A stretch of DNA of 63,838 bases, filler included, from Choristocarpus tenellus KU-1152 (lineage: Eukaryota > Protista > Phaeophyceae): assembly GCA_964200185.2 (NCBI GenBank). It is 11 parts of 11 records of this genome, joined end to end, with 100 filler letters (N's around TTAATTAATTAA, not from the genome) between each part and the next. Parts side by side here need not be neighbours in the genome. Positions count along the whole stretch, not along the records: positions 43,966 to 53,732 come from CAXNAD020003412.1; positions 53,833 to 61,119 come from CAXNAD020006403.1; positions 61,220 to 63,838 come from CAXNAD020026220.1; 8 more parts are not named here. One strand, 5' to 3'. The notes under the pieces were generated by a model. That model made no database searches. It saw only the letters and a program-made list of their open reading frames with translations, and was not told the origin of the DNA. Positions within the stretch are counted from its first letter, which is position 1. Every line of letters begins with the position of its first letter. Made by a program: the position numbers and the translations under genes. Below, piece by piece: positions 50,709 through 62,752 of the stretch.

Positions 50709-52333
50709 CTGGGGCTTCCAATGGTGTAGACACTGGTCACAGATACCTCGTCCACATCAAGCTCTAATCGGGCGGCAGCAACAGACGCCAATGCTGCCCC
50801 AAGTGAGTGACCGCAAACAAATAATGGCCTGGTAGGGTGGTTGGCCTGGAGAGATTTGATGATCCTACGCAAGCCCTTCTTAGTCGATTTACCGCCTGAC
50901 CACATAGAATCCAGAGCATAGTGGAAGCCCTGGATGATGAGCAAACCAATATGTTGAAGGTGACGTGCTTGTCCAATATTTAAATCAGGGTAAGAACTGA
51001 GTAGGAGGGACTAACTTGGTGATGTGTGGTACATTGCACACGCGGTCTGAGCCAATGACTGGGGTGTATATTATGTGTCGCATGCGCATACAAATATAGA
51101 GCAGGAGGAGAGGAGACCTCTGGGACAGGGGAAGATGGGGCAAGGAGGAAGGCATAAGCCGTGAGAGGTCTAAGACTTCGTGTGTACAATGTACAGAACG
51201 CCAAAGGCTCATACGGGGCAGGCATAGTGCAAGAGTGTAGTCCCCACGTTCTCTTGGACAACTTAGCTTGGTTCGAGATACGTTGAGTTACTATAATGTA
51301 CAGATACTTCAGTATCAACCAATGTATGTGTTAATGTTGGATATTTTGTAAACCTCAAGTCCAACCCAACGGCACAACTTAAAGTCAGACCCAGCAAAGT
51401 AGATTCTTTTGCCAAACAAAAACAATCTCACCCTGTGGAGGTGTCCATGCTTTGTGCGTGTGAGTAGTACATCAAGGTTCGTTGCCCAGTTCGCCTTGGA
51501 GTCAGTGCCACGGAACACAACAGCAACGTGACTGGTTTGGGCGACAACATAGCCGTGGTGATTGTTGTGCTGGAAGAACGGAAAGGAACAAGTTATATTA
51601 CACCATAAAAAATAAATGTTCAGATGGAATGGGCCACATGTTCGAGATCAAAAGTGGATCATTCATGGTCAGTATTCCGCAAATGAATCGGTTATACACA
51701 TGCAGACTGTTTGGTATTGTCCTTCAACCGCAAACGACACACAAGAAACACATCATAATCCTTGCAATACAAAGCTTCCACGAGGAAGTATGTCAGGAGA
51801 GGAGGAGAGGAGGGGAGGAAGGGGAAGATCTGGAATCAAGCTGAAATATGAAACTAAGCATTATTGGTGGGCATCAAGTAACTGCAAATTGTGATATTCA
51901 AAGTAGAACCTGATGTTCTTATCTGTCTCAAAATACTTGCGAGGATATAGGACAAATAATAATCGTCCTTGAGCATTCGACAACCCGAAAGAAGATCTTC
52001 GGGGGTAGCACTATTTGGATGCACATTACGATTTCTAGATTACTGAACAGAGATTCATAGCAAGAATATCCCACAACGTAACCGAATTCACTACCTCTAC
52101 ACCTCCTCCGTGTCCCAATCGCATGTATATTCCCTCCTCACATCAGAATTGAACCAGAAGAACTTCGTGTATCCGAGCTTGCTACAAAGCTCCACCTTTG
52201 CGATTTCTGGATCCTTGTAAGCTACTCTGCAGAGGTGTGTGAAGTAGTGAGCGTTGGTCGCAGAAAAACCTTCAACCAAGGGTTCCACTCTGTAGTACCC
52301 GGAGGGTTTGAATTCATCAACCGTATCCACCAT
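50709..52333 (-). CDS. class 3 (fungal-type) lipase, partial; exons 52333-52142, 51569-51432, 50929-50709
   Basis: LCRVAY, VVFRGT..ANWATNL, HRGFH, LFVCGHSLGAALA (GxSxG nucleophile) and VYTIGSPR. Phase-consistent GT-AG introns. The 3' exons were not resolved. Confidence 0.92.
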
Positions 52334-53732
52334 TTCCGCTTCTCTTAGACGTTCTTATCGGGAACCTGAGAAAAAAATCCTGGAGGTCATTAACACATGT
52401 TCCACTGAAAATGAAACAAGGGATACGAATGAGAGTGCTGATCTGTCGGGCATATAAGCTTCTTCAAGCGCACAGCACTGGACGCATAAACGTCACTGTT
52501 GCCTGACCAGCGAACAGAACTTGGACAACAATCGTAGTCAGAGAATATCTTCAAGATGAGAGGCACAATCAATGTTCAAGTAAGCATTAGTCACTAAATA
52601 CGCCCCCTCTATTGTAACTACCAATGTTGCAGTGCATACACTACTGGTGGCAGTGATAGCATTTGCTTGGTGTAGAACTCACCCTGTAGCCTGAAGGTGA
52701 GTGTGCCTATATGACACATTGTTTTTTGTATTGTACAACCACTTGCCACATAGTTTTCTTGGTGATCATACTTTCTGGTTTGTACAGAGACTTGAATTGT
52801 GGTTCACCAAAGTTCCATTTCAAAATTTTGTCCCATATCGTACAAAATAACATCTTGCAAAGAGGAAAAATTGTTTTCGGGGGGTCTCATCAACGATATA
52901 ATCCCCGCGACTGTAACTTTTCTCCCCTTGACACATTTGCAAAATGTCAGAGGGCAAAATAATATAAAATAGCATTCGAAACAGACAGTAGTAGTAATTA
53001 AATAGTGCCAACACTTAGGAGGGGTACAATATATATTATAAATACATATATTATTATACCCTCTAACACTTCCAGATGTATCAGGGGAAAATCAAGGTAA
53101 TGGTACAACATACAGATAGAGTAGTGAATTAACAAATAGATTAGCCTGTTTGCGCAAAATGAATACACTATCAAAAAGTCTTACGTATCACCCCATCATA
53201 TAGTATTAGAACTACCATGTTGATATATAATGACATGTAAGACTTTTTTATAGTGAATTACATTTTGCCCACCCTATTAGTATTTTTCATATTTGTCACA
53301 TATTTTATTTCTTTAGGGCTTATACTGACTGACCTGTGAATAGTTTTCATTAGTTTCTCCCCTGACAGATCTTCAAAATGTCAGAGGCCATAATAATATA
53401 TGAAAAACATTCAAATGTCAGAATAACCCCTAAAAAGGTAACAGTTGTCGAAAATGTGAAATACATTTACTATTTTACTACCACCAACGCTATACCAGTG
53501 CCCTCCTGTGCCTCAAACCTAGCTTAGTCCGGCACCCCAGGGCGACGGGCTAGGGGGAAGCATTCCAAGAATCTAACAAGCCCCTCCTTGCCCATCTCCT
53601 TGGTGTCTCCAGGCTAAAACGCATGACACGTCTAGATAGGTCTACTTGCTGTGTTGTGACAGACACTATCTGTCATAGACGGGATTTGACCCCCCCTTTC
53701 CTGCTGTAGCCTCCTGTCTCTCTCCCCAGATC

Positions 53733-53832
53733 NNNNNNNNNNNNNNNNNNNNNNNNNNNNNNNNNNNNNNNNNNNNTTAATTAATTAANNNNNNNNNNNN
53801 NNNNNNNNNNNNNNNNNNNNNNNNNNNNNNNN
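53733..53832. other. artificial contig linker
   Basis: 44 N + TTAATTAATTAA + 44 N. Confidence 0.98.
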
Positions 53833-54126
53833 GGGGGTCGTGTGAGGCTTCACACTCTCTTATCTTCACTACTGAGAAATAGCATTACCTCCCAAGGTAA
53901 TTTGCACACATACATGTTGCTGTGTAAGTCACGTGTGTGTGTGCTCACAGAAAGTCTGCTAAAGGCGTAAAAATATATCTGGAAATCTTGATTTTTTTTC
54001 GGTGCACACACACCGTTCAAACTTGGGCAGCGACCTACCCCGGACCAGGTTTCTGCAAGGAGTTCAGCCAACCACTTCATTTTTGTCCATTTTGAAATCT
54101 TGACCCTCAAAATTGCGGTGGAGTTA

Positions 54127-54310
54127 TTTCCCCGCGTTTTTATCATTCTTTGATCGGGGTGTAGCTCCCGTTACCTGAAGCCTGGACATTCGTGGATACA
54201 AACCTTCAAATCGTCTTGTCATACCCTTTCATTTGATATATCTTGTTGAATATCTTTGGTGTGTGCATCGTGAAAAAGCCACAGAGGGCGAAGCTTCTGG
54301 TACCACCTTA
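54127..54310 (+). repeat. dispersed repeat, copy of 35326-35512
   Basis: Direct similarity by eye. Confidence 0.75.
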
Positions 54311-54979
54311 GGAAACCCTTGAAGTAGAAACACACTCCGTACCTACAGTAGGTTGAAAAAATTCCTTGGTCAAGAGTATGAGGGGTGTAAGTCACAGTAG
54401 GAGGTACTGTGTACTATTGCTGTATCGTCGATATCGACCGATTGGCGTGTTGGATATATCGCAAACAAAGACAGCTGTGAAGCATTCTAGCAGCTGCACC
54501 TGAAAACACTTCCAACAACAAGCAAGGAAACTATGTCGGCAACCAAGAGCTTCTAACCCTCTAAATGGAGGGCAGATTGTCCCCTATGTCATGGTGACCC
54601 AGACTCGTATTGTTAGTAGTCCTGGACAAAATGTGTAGCTATATTACCTCCACACGCCGACCACTCATGAACATATCAAAGAATGCACTGATGAACTGCT
54701 GATGGTAAGCCTATATTCCAAGTGGATGGAGGGCGTTCCACGCAGTGCAGCGCAAGAAATTTCAGAGGCAATTGTCCCACAGAAGAGCAATGCTCAGCCT
54801 GAACCTCACTAATTTCAAGTATCGAAATGTGGATACCACCGCTGCTGGGCCCCATTATCTCGTGACATCTCCGGGCACCGATCAAACACTGAGAATACTA
54901 CATATACTGGTACAATCTGCTCAAGTCAGCGTCATTTCGCCACCGGAAGCGGTCCTTTCTCGCGCCTGGCCAGGACAAC

Positions 54980-55130
54980 AAGACCGTGCGGGAGGTAAGG
55001 CAATGCATGCGAAGGAGCGGATCACAGGCTATATCGTCACCAACTCTACTGGATCTCAGAAGGTACTGCTATCGTTCGTTACCAACTCCAAGATCACTCG
55101 GTTTAAGAGAACAGCGCTCTTATATAATAA
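54980..55130 (+). pseudogene. pogo/Tigger-type DDE transposase remnant
   Basis: GGKAMHAKERITGYIVTNSTGSQKVLLSFVTNSKITRFK matches the pogo motif KxRxTvxxxxNaxGxxKlpxxxIgkskxPRxFK. Confidence 0.65.
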
Positions 55131-55308
55131 GAGAGGATCAGGATATAAGAAAGGGCTTTTCTGGTTCTCCCTACCCTCTGTTGAGTGTGTGTTCAAGGTG
55201 TGGAACTCCCTATCAAATCACCTGTACTCCCCCTCCCCATACCAAAGGCTGCGGCATAGCAATATCGGTCGTTACCTACCGTTCAATTCGACTGAGACTG
55301 GTCTAATC

Positions 55309-57697
55309 ATGTCTGAAGGTGGATGGTTGCCGTGGAAACGACAACAAAAGGACATCCGACCTTTCGCAGGTTTACAACTAAATGTTGAACTTGCGAAGAG
55401 ATATATATACCTGGCGTGGTCAACTTTTTTGGCTTAGTCAACTTTTTTGTGAGAGAACATCCCGCCCCAACAACTGTACCTGGAACCTCCAAAGCTCAGA
55501 ACACCAAGCCAGTGACCATTGTGATCCTGCATGGAGTTGAATTAATCCCATTTTACAACACTGGTACATACCCCCACTTTACCAGGCTATGAAAATCTCC
55601 ACAAGCCGCTTGCACCCCCTCCTGACGGCTGGCGTTGGCAACGACGTACTGATGGCACGTGGGTACTCCAATGCCTGGACCCAGCACATGATAGGTGCAA
55701 CTTATCGGACGAGCAAGTAGGTGAGAAGATACCTCAGATGGTGTAGTTGGTCTTGACGAAATTGCCCGATTTGTGTTGGTGTGGATTCATCATGTCGTTG
55801 GGTAGTTGTATGCTGTGTTTTGTGTTCTTATAGATTGTACATTGAAACGATCGAGGTAGGGTTGTGTATAGAGAACAGTAAGCTATTTTTAAAAAGTGCC
55901 CTTCGTCCATTGACCTCACCCACGTTATGAGTTGAGTAGGTGATGAAGGGGGCGATCAGGCTCTGGAGGACACAATGCAGCCGCCTGCTTTTTTGGAGCA
56001 CGTGATAATGCCCGACGACACACTTGTGGGAATTTGCATGCGATACAAGGCAAGCAAACCACAAGAAGATCATGTCCCTACATTTTGTAGTCTACCTTCC
56101 AGTATTTCAAGTCACTATGAACAACATAAACCTTTGCTCCTCCACGAGAGCTGCATGCCATAGCCTCCTTAACCCATGTCGGCATCAGAGATAAGTCACT
56201 CTTCCCTAGTAATCCCATGTGCAGCCACTCATATCTCATTCCATGGTTTGAGCAGTGTGAGACACGGGAATGTCAGCATACGTGCCATATGAAGTTCAAG
56301 GAGTCCGCTGTTGTCAAGCCCTTGATCCCCTTGATCTCATTGTCTCTCCTTTCTAGTGTTCATTTTTTTCCGTCTCTTTAGGAACACATATTCTGACGGT
56401 TCCTATTTACAGCATGTGAAGTATATACTACATTATTGAGGACTAGGGCTTTGGCGATTGACAGCGTTTACATTATTGAGGTCCAATGATGTGCTTTTGA
56501 AAGAGAGTTGAATAGCATGTATGAAGGTATCATGTTCTGTATGTCTATTTTTTGGGCCATAAATTATGTACATGATGCCCTCTTATGGAAAAATACAAAC
56601 AGCAATGAATGCTAACTCCACGCACACAATACCAAGACAAACCCAGTCCTTACTCTGTTTGTTGTGCCATGGGTGTCACACACATATAGGAACATTCCTA
56701 TGAGATATTGCTTGTAACAGGGGGAGTGAAGAGGACACAATCCATTCCCTAGGGCGCTGTCCATTTAATTTCTTCACTTGGAGTACCACCAAGTCGATAT
56801 CTTCTGCTCCAAGCCACTCTATGTTGACTTTTGCTGCAAGGGATGTCTTCACTGTAGTGTGTTGTGTCTTAGATTAGGAGCAGTGTAATCGTTGTTGCCC
56901 TTGGCATGCGCTTTTGCCACTCTATGTTGACTTTTGCTGCAAGGGATGTCTTCACTGTAGTGTGTTGTGTCTTAGATTAGGAGCGGTGGAATCGTTGTTG
57001 GCATGCGCTTCTTTTGTGGTTTTGCATTTCTTATGCAGATTACGAGACTGTTTTATGCTGGCTATCTATCACCAAGGTCTGTTGTCATCACTGCGCTCTG
57101 CGAAACTGACAACTCCACTGGGGTTTCCTCTAATATAGAGTGCTCTTTCCATCAACTTCAAACTGAAGGTGATCCCACCGACCCACACCGGCTACTAACC
57201 CAATCCTATTAATCCTGTTGAATCATAATCCTGACCCTTAGGTGAAGGACCGTGAACTGAGAAAGTTGAACGGCTTTGTGGGTGACCACTTTCGAATGTG
57301 CCAAGTGCTGACCATCCCGAACAAGCTTCTGGTGTCAGCACAGGTGTGGTACATTGTCTTTCATGGTTTGTTCCCCCTCCCCTGGCTCTCTTTGCACCCA
57401 TTCCGACATGCCCACCCCACGTGACTCAACAGCAGGGGATTTTGCAGCCCTTCATCGTTTGGTTCGCTTGATTATGTACGAGTCATCTTTTTTCAGTTGC
57501 CATTGCAAATTTACGTTCCATTCACGGAGTTAGCTGGCTCCCTGCTGCAGATCTGGTGTCCTCCAAGTTTATCAGACAAGTGTGAGAGTCTTTCTGATTG
57601 TCCTTTTAAAAAGTAGAACGTGCAACATTGAAGTGTGTGTCACGCCTTGGACTTGAACATCCCAATCGTTGTATCTTCTTCCTGTTAAGTTGTGCTA

Positions 57698-57744
<47 letters not shown>

Positions 57745-60435
57745 CCCCCCCTTTTTCCGATGTTTTTTGTCTCATCGTCCGCCTCACACCCCCNNNNNNN
57801 NNNTATGTGGTTTGCGTCCTGCTGTAGTTGAAATACCCCTCCGCTTTTTTTCTTTTTTTTTTTTTGTTTTTGTGCCCCCCCCCCCCCCCCCCCCCCGCTC
57901 TATTACTTGTTTTTGTGCGTGTGGATTGACCAATTGGCTGCTGCTGCTGCAGGTTGCGCAGCCAGTTACGCGAGATGTTACCCTTCAGAGATTTCGGTAC
58001 CTTACTGGTCTTGGGGTGGAAGAGGCGTCCTTCTATCTGAAGGATCAAGAGTGGAATTTTGATAGGGCAGAAAGACAGTGGAGGACTGACATTGATTGGG
58101 AATGTGCACAGGTAAATTGGGGGGGGAGGGGGGGAGTTAGTTGTAACTGTTTTTGATTGTGTAAGAAAATTTTGCGGTATCATCAAGCTGTACTTTGGAA
58201 TTCTCAGTTTTTGGTAGGGTTGTTTAGTTTTGGAGACAGGTATGGGCTTCAGGGACTGTTCCTGGTGATGTATTTGCAGTGAGGAGAGGGGAAGGGGTGG
58301 AACAAAGGCGATTGGGTTTCTTCTTTGTTGGTGTATGAGGCATGGGTCGGGGGGGAGCGAGGGAGAGGGGTGGGTGAGGTAAGAATGTTTGTGTAAGGAT
58401 CTCAAAACATATGTTAGCTCCTTGTAGCTGGTCCAGGAGCAGGATTTTTGATGTGTCATGATGAGCCCAAGCCCTAACCTCTGATTATGGATTTGCTTCT
58501 CATCTCAGCCCAGAGGGGCCTACTGACTCACTTCCCGCCCCTCCTTATCTGTTTCAGAAGGTGCATGAGAGTCCGGGAGACCAAGGCTGCAGAGTGCCAC
58601 AAGAGCAAATGCAGAGTGATCCCAAAGAACAGCGGGTTCAGGCGGTGAGGGACCTCAAATTTCGTACCTGTGTTTTCCTTTGTGTGTGCTAACCACGATA
58701 CAAACAAAATGTACTTTTTTTGTAGTAGCAGCAAGACTGAGGTTGAGCTTGTTGAGGTGGTACCGGGACACGGGCCAAATGAAAGTATCCACTTCTCGAA
58801 TGGAGTAAGGAGCATGAAACTTGCCCTACGAGGTCCCCATTTAAACCTCTGCGCCTACTTGTTCATTTTTCGGCTTTACTTGTTTTGACGGTAAGTACAG
58901 GGTACATATGCCCCTATTTCTGCTCGCAATGTTGGTGTTATATATATATACACACACACGTAGATATGTGTGCTAGGCTTTTTTTGTTCATGTGAACATA
59001 ATATGTTGGTGTGCTTTAAGGCGTAATTGTGAGCGAGGGATTGTGTTTTGTGCCCATGTAGAGGTGAAGCCTTTAAGGGCGGGATGTACCCTAGTTGTGT
59101 GTTCAGGATGTCCAGACTGTTTTCTACCGTCCTTTGCATGCTTGCTGTCTGTCTATGCATGGGTGCCTTTTGACCTGTTTCCGTCCTTCTGTACTCTGTA
59201 AGGCAACGTGTGTACGCCCTTCCTGCAATACATGTTTCAGCGCTATACCCGTGATTGTGGTTCATGATTGCTACGAAGCCTCGTTAGTGGGTCAAGCAGG
59301 GGTTGAGAGAGGGTGTCGCTCTCTGCAGAGGGCTCACTACATTCGCTTTTCAAAGTTTGGAGGTTGTTTTATGTCCCACGGGCAAGAGTAACGTTGGATT
59401 CGTGTACAACATGCTTTGATGTAGGACCTTGATTCTTTTTTTGTTTCACCTCAGTTTGTTTTGTACAGGCTAGACCCAGACCCCTCACTGGCAACCCAAA
59501 ATTGTCTCGATCTAGAATAGTGGAATGTCTCTTGTTTTCAATTGCTGAGTGATGAAAGGGGGAGGGGCGCTCCTCCCCCCCCCTCCTTCATGCTCAATCT
59601 AATAGTCTCTCCCGTGTGGGGGGCATAACGCCAACCTAGGGTTAGGGTTAGGGTTATACCACCAACCTACTTACCTCGTAGAGGAAACAAGAGCGCAAAA
59701 AAACAAACAAGATTTTTATTTATCTCAGCAATTCCATCCTACTGTCCTTTTGAACCTTGAGCTTCAGAGGCATGTGAGCACTGAACGCGTGACACCTCAT
59801 CCTTCCCCTTTCCTCCTTCCCCTCCCCAAAAAATGGCAATATCACACTCTGTCCCGTTGCAGACTATTGTTCCTCACATGTCTTGGACCCCCAATGTTTT
59901 GGCGTAGACCAGGTGGCCCCCCGTTGGGCTTTGAAGTATTTGGAATAAAGTGCAACTCACGAAAACATAGGCTTACGGCAATGGTCGTCTGGGAGGGAAG
60001 GGGGGTCTCTCCGTACTCAGACTACTGCGTGAATATTTGAATGTGATGCTTTAAGTCAAGTGTCGCCTCTGTGGAAAATATGTGCCTATGCCATCTCTCC
60101 CTCCTTGATATCCATCTCACTTTAGCATGCTCCGAGATCTGACATGCTTTCTTGTTGCCACTTGCATTTCGGCATGTCAGTACAGCATCAGATAAGCTGT
60201 TACATCCATCCCTGATCTCGTGAGTGATCCAAGGATCTGTTTTTGATCCCCAACGCCCAATGCAATGCAATAATGAACCTTTGAATTGTTGAAAAAGGTG
60301 ACTGGGACGCTCGCCGGAGATTACTTCGTGGAGGAGGACGGTTCTATCCAGATGGTATCAGTAGAAAGTGCTGCACGCTTACCGCTGCTGGATGGTGTGG
60401 GAGAGACTGAGCCAGTCTCAGTTGTTCAACAGTGA
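55309..60435 (+). CDS. LysM-domain + UBA-like domain protein; exons 55309-55369, 55586-55720, 55940-56049, 57242-57343, 57953-58111, 58558-58644, (58725-58804?), 60298-60435 (3' exons tentative)
   Basis: LysM HVIMPDDTLVGICMRYK|VKDRELRKLN...QVLTIP is joined across a GC-AG intron. UBA-like LQRFRYLTGLGVEEASFYLKDQEWNFDRA. Phases are consistent for the first six exons. Confidence 0.8.
56813..57010. repeat. ~103-bp tandem duplication in an intron
   Basis: GCCACTCTATGTTGACTTTTGCTGC... starts at 56813 and again at 56916. Confidence 0.92.
59540..59733. mobile_element. small putative non-autonomous element with a 10-bp inverted repeat, a GC hairpin and (TAGGGT)3
   Basis: AATTGCTGAG / CTCAGCAATT. Internal hairpin TGAAAGGGGGAGGGGCGCTCCTCCCCCCCCCTCCTTCA. 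Single copy in the window. Confidence 0.4.
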
Positions 60436-61119
60436 TCGGAATACCACTTCAGGATGAATTGGGGGTGGGTAATAAGTGTGATTTTGACATTAAGATACGA
60501 TTTTTTGTGCCTTCCCTCTGACTCCTTCCTCAGACCCTGAACAGCGCTATGTTTTGAAGGCACTGTAGATTTGACCTGAAGCTCTCTTGTCATCTCTGTT
60601 TGGGTTTTATCACTAATAGTTTTGTTCCATATTGCCCTGTATGTTTTAACTCGGATTTCAGGGAACGTTTTTCAGGTTGTTTTTTTTGGGTCCTTGCCAC
60701 CTGTATCTTGTTCTTGGCAAGGAGGGAGACAGAATACCCACCCCCTTGCTTGCTGTTTTTTCATCTCGAATTTTTTCCCGGAAAGTAGAAATTGGGATAC
60801 TTACTTGTCTCTGTAAATGGTACTAAATGTTGTGCATATAAGCGGTGTTTGTCTTGGCTGTATTGGCCACGGTTACCATGTAAGCATGTGGGTTATGGAT
60901 TGATCTTGAGGTTTGTGTTGCATATGTACCAGTGAAAGGTTTTGGAGTACACGTTTCCAGCGGCTTACACCTTTTTGGGCGTGAGCGCACTGCCTTGTTG
61001 TCATTCACTAGGAGGCAGGCTCCTGTAGAATCGCAAGTGCCAGAGTGTTAAGAGATGTAAATATGAGCTGTGTTGGGTTGGGTGTTGTTTTGTCTGGACT
61101 CAAAGTATCTTAAGGGGGG

Positions 61120-61219
61120 NNNNNNNNNNNNNNNNNNNNNNNNNNNNNNNNNNNNNNNNNNNNTTAATTAATTAANNNNNNNNNNNNNNNNNNNNNNNNN
61201 NNNNNNNNNNNNNNNNNNN
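61120..61219. other. artificial contig linker (preceded by a MITE terminus GACTCAAAGTATCTTAAGGGGGG at 61097-61119)
   Basis: 44 N + TTAATTAATTAA + 44 N. Confidence 0.98.
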
Positions 61220-61943
61220 ATAAAGATAATCATACAAATTCCTATTATAATCGCGTTAATTTCCCCCCCCCCCCCCCCCCCGAACACACACATCCATCCC
61301 TCTGTCCCCCCTCTAGTTGCTCCATTGAGACACCACATTTCTCCACTATCATTCTCAAAATGACATAGCAGACTTCAAACCACTCTGCTCGAACCTCTGC
61401 TCACTGACCAAGCAAGTACCATTGGAACCTGCTGCAGGACCGTAAACAATAGTGTTCCAGTCTAGGAGAGATAGCTGAAGTGCCACACTAAGCACTGACA
61501 CATTACTCCAAGTAATTCTCTGCCGATTGATCTCACTCAACAATGCTTTGCCCATCTCTAACCCTCTCTTGTCTGAGTGTGATTTCGAGACGGAGTTCTC
61601 CCTCTGTTCTGTCTCTCTAACAATGGTCCTGAGGAATCCGTCATCCCGGGCTTGTTGCGTTTGCATTTGGTACAACAAGTCTGGTCAACATAAATAGCAC
61701 GTATCCATTTTTTGGACCACTTGCCAAGCGCTTCTTCACCGCTGCTCATCCTGCCACAGAGTCATACTAACAACCCCACCAGATTCAACACGTCTTGAAC
61801 AAGTTTCTTCGCCTTGTGCCGCATGCGTGGTGTATCCCTTGCGATACTTAACAGCAGACGCACAAAGCGAATGATGTCCGTTACTGTTCCCAAATAATTT
61901 TCAAATAATTTTCTGTGCGTTGCATTCTCATTGCCACCGACAG

Positions 61944-62719
61944 GTACTCCTATATGCGCAGAAATGTGCGGCGTCTCAGCCGTGAGGTCAACAATGGGGA
62001 CCACATCATTTCCAGTGGAATGGGAGGCGTTATCTCCAACAAGCGCAACCATGACAATAACTCCACAGGCGATCCGGCCAAGAAAAAAACCCGCCCACGC
62101 AAAGCCACCGGGCTGGCCGGTAGGCCTTTCCTTCCTCCTTGTCCAATTTTCTGAAAACATCCCTTCCCCTATGCCTTCCAATTGCTATTCCTCTTCGACT
62201 AGCACTTCTGTTAGCAGTTCTTAGATATCCTCAAGGTGTAGCTTGTACTCCCTGATGCAACTCCTACCTGTCAGGTCACCTATTCTTCCCCTTATTCCAA
62301 CACTCCCCTTCTTACTCTACTCACGGGTTCCTGGAAATGCCTCTCATGGACCCCTTCGCCCCCGTAACCTCTCTCCAGCCTGTCGTCCCCCTCTCCACTC
62401 ACCCATCCCCCTAATGCCCCTCCACCCTATCTATACCCCTCCCCACTACGCCTACTTTCTCATCTTTGTCATCATCATATCTCTGCCTCTCACGCCTTCT
62501 GCTCTTGGGGACAAAACAACACTTGGACTTGTGATGAAGAACTCAAACGATACATGTATTGTGCACACGAGGCAGCTCAAAACGTTCTGAACGGTGGAGA
62601 TAGTGCAGACCCCGTCACACAACAGGTGATGTCCAACTTTGCTCTCTTGCTCCCTCCCTTCTCTAGAGCCTTGGGCGTGTGTATGTGTATGTATGTGTGT
62701 GTGTGTGTTTGTGTGTGTA

Positions 62720-62752
<33 letters not shown>

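Noticed and set aside
57699-57896. Poly-Pro/poly-Gly ORFs
   Set aside because: Homopolymer C runs flanking a 10-N gap in an intron; low-quality sequence.
5826-61219. Recurrent TTAATTAATTAA motif flanked by Ns as a biological repeat
   Set aside because: Identical 100-bp construction each time, so it is an artificial concatenation linker. Cross-linker gene clustering is meaningless.
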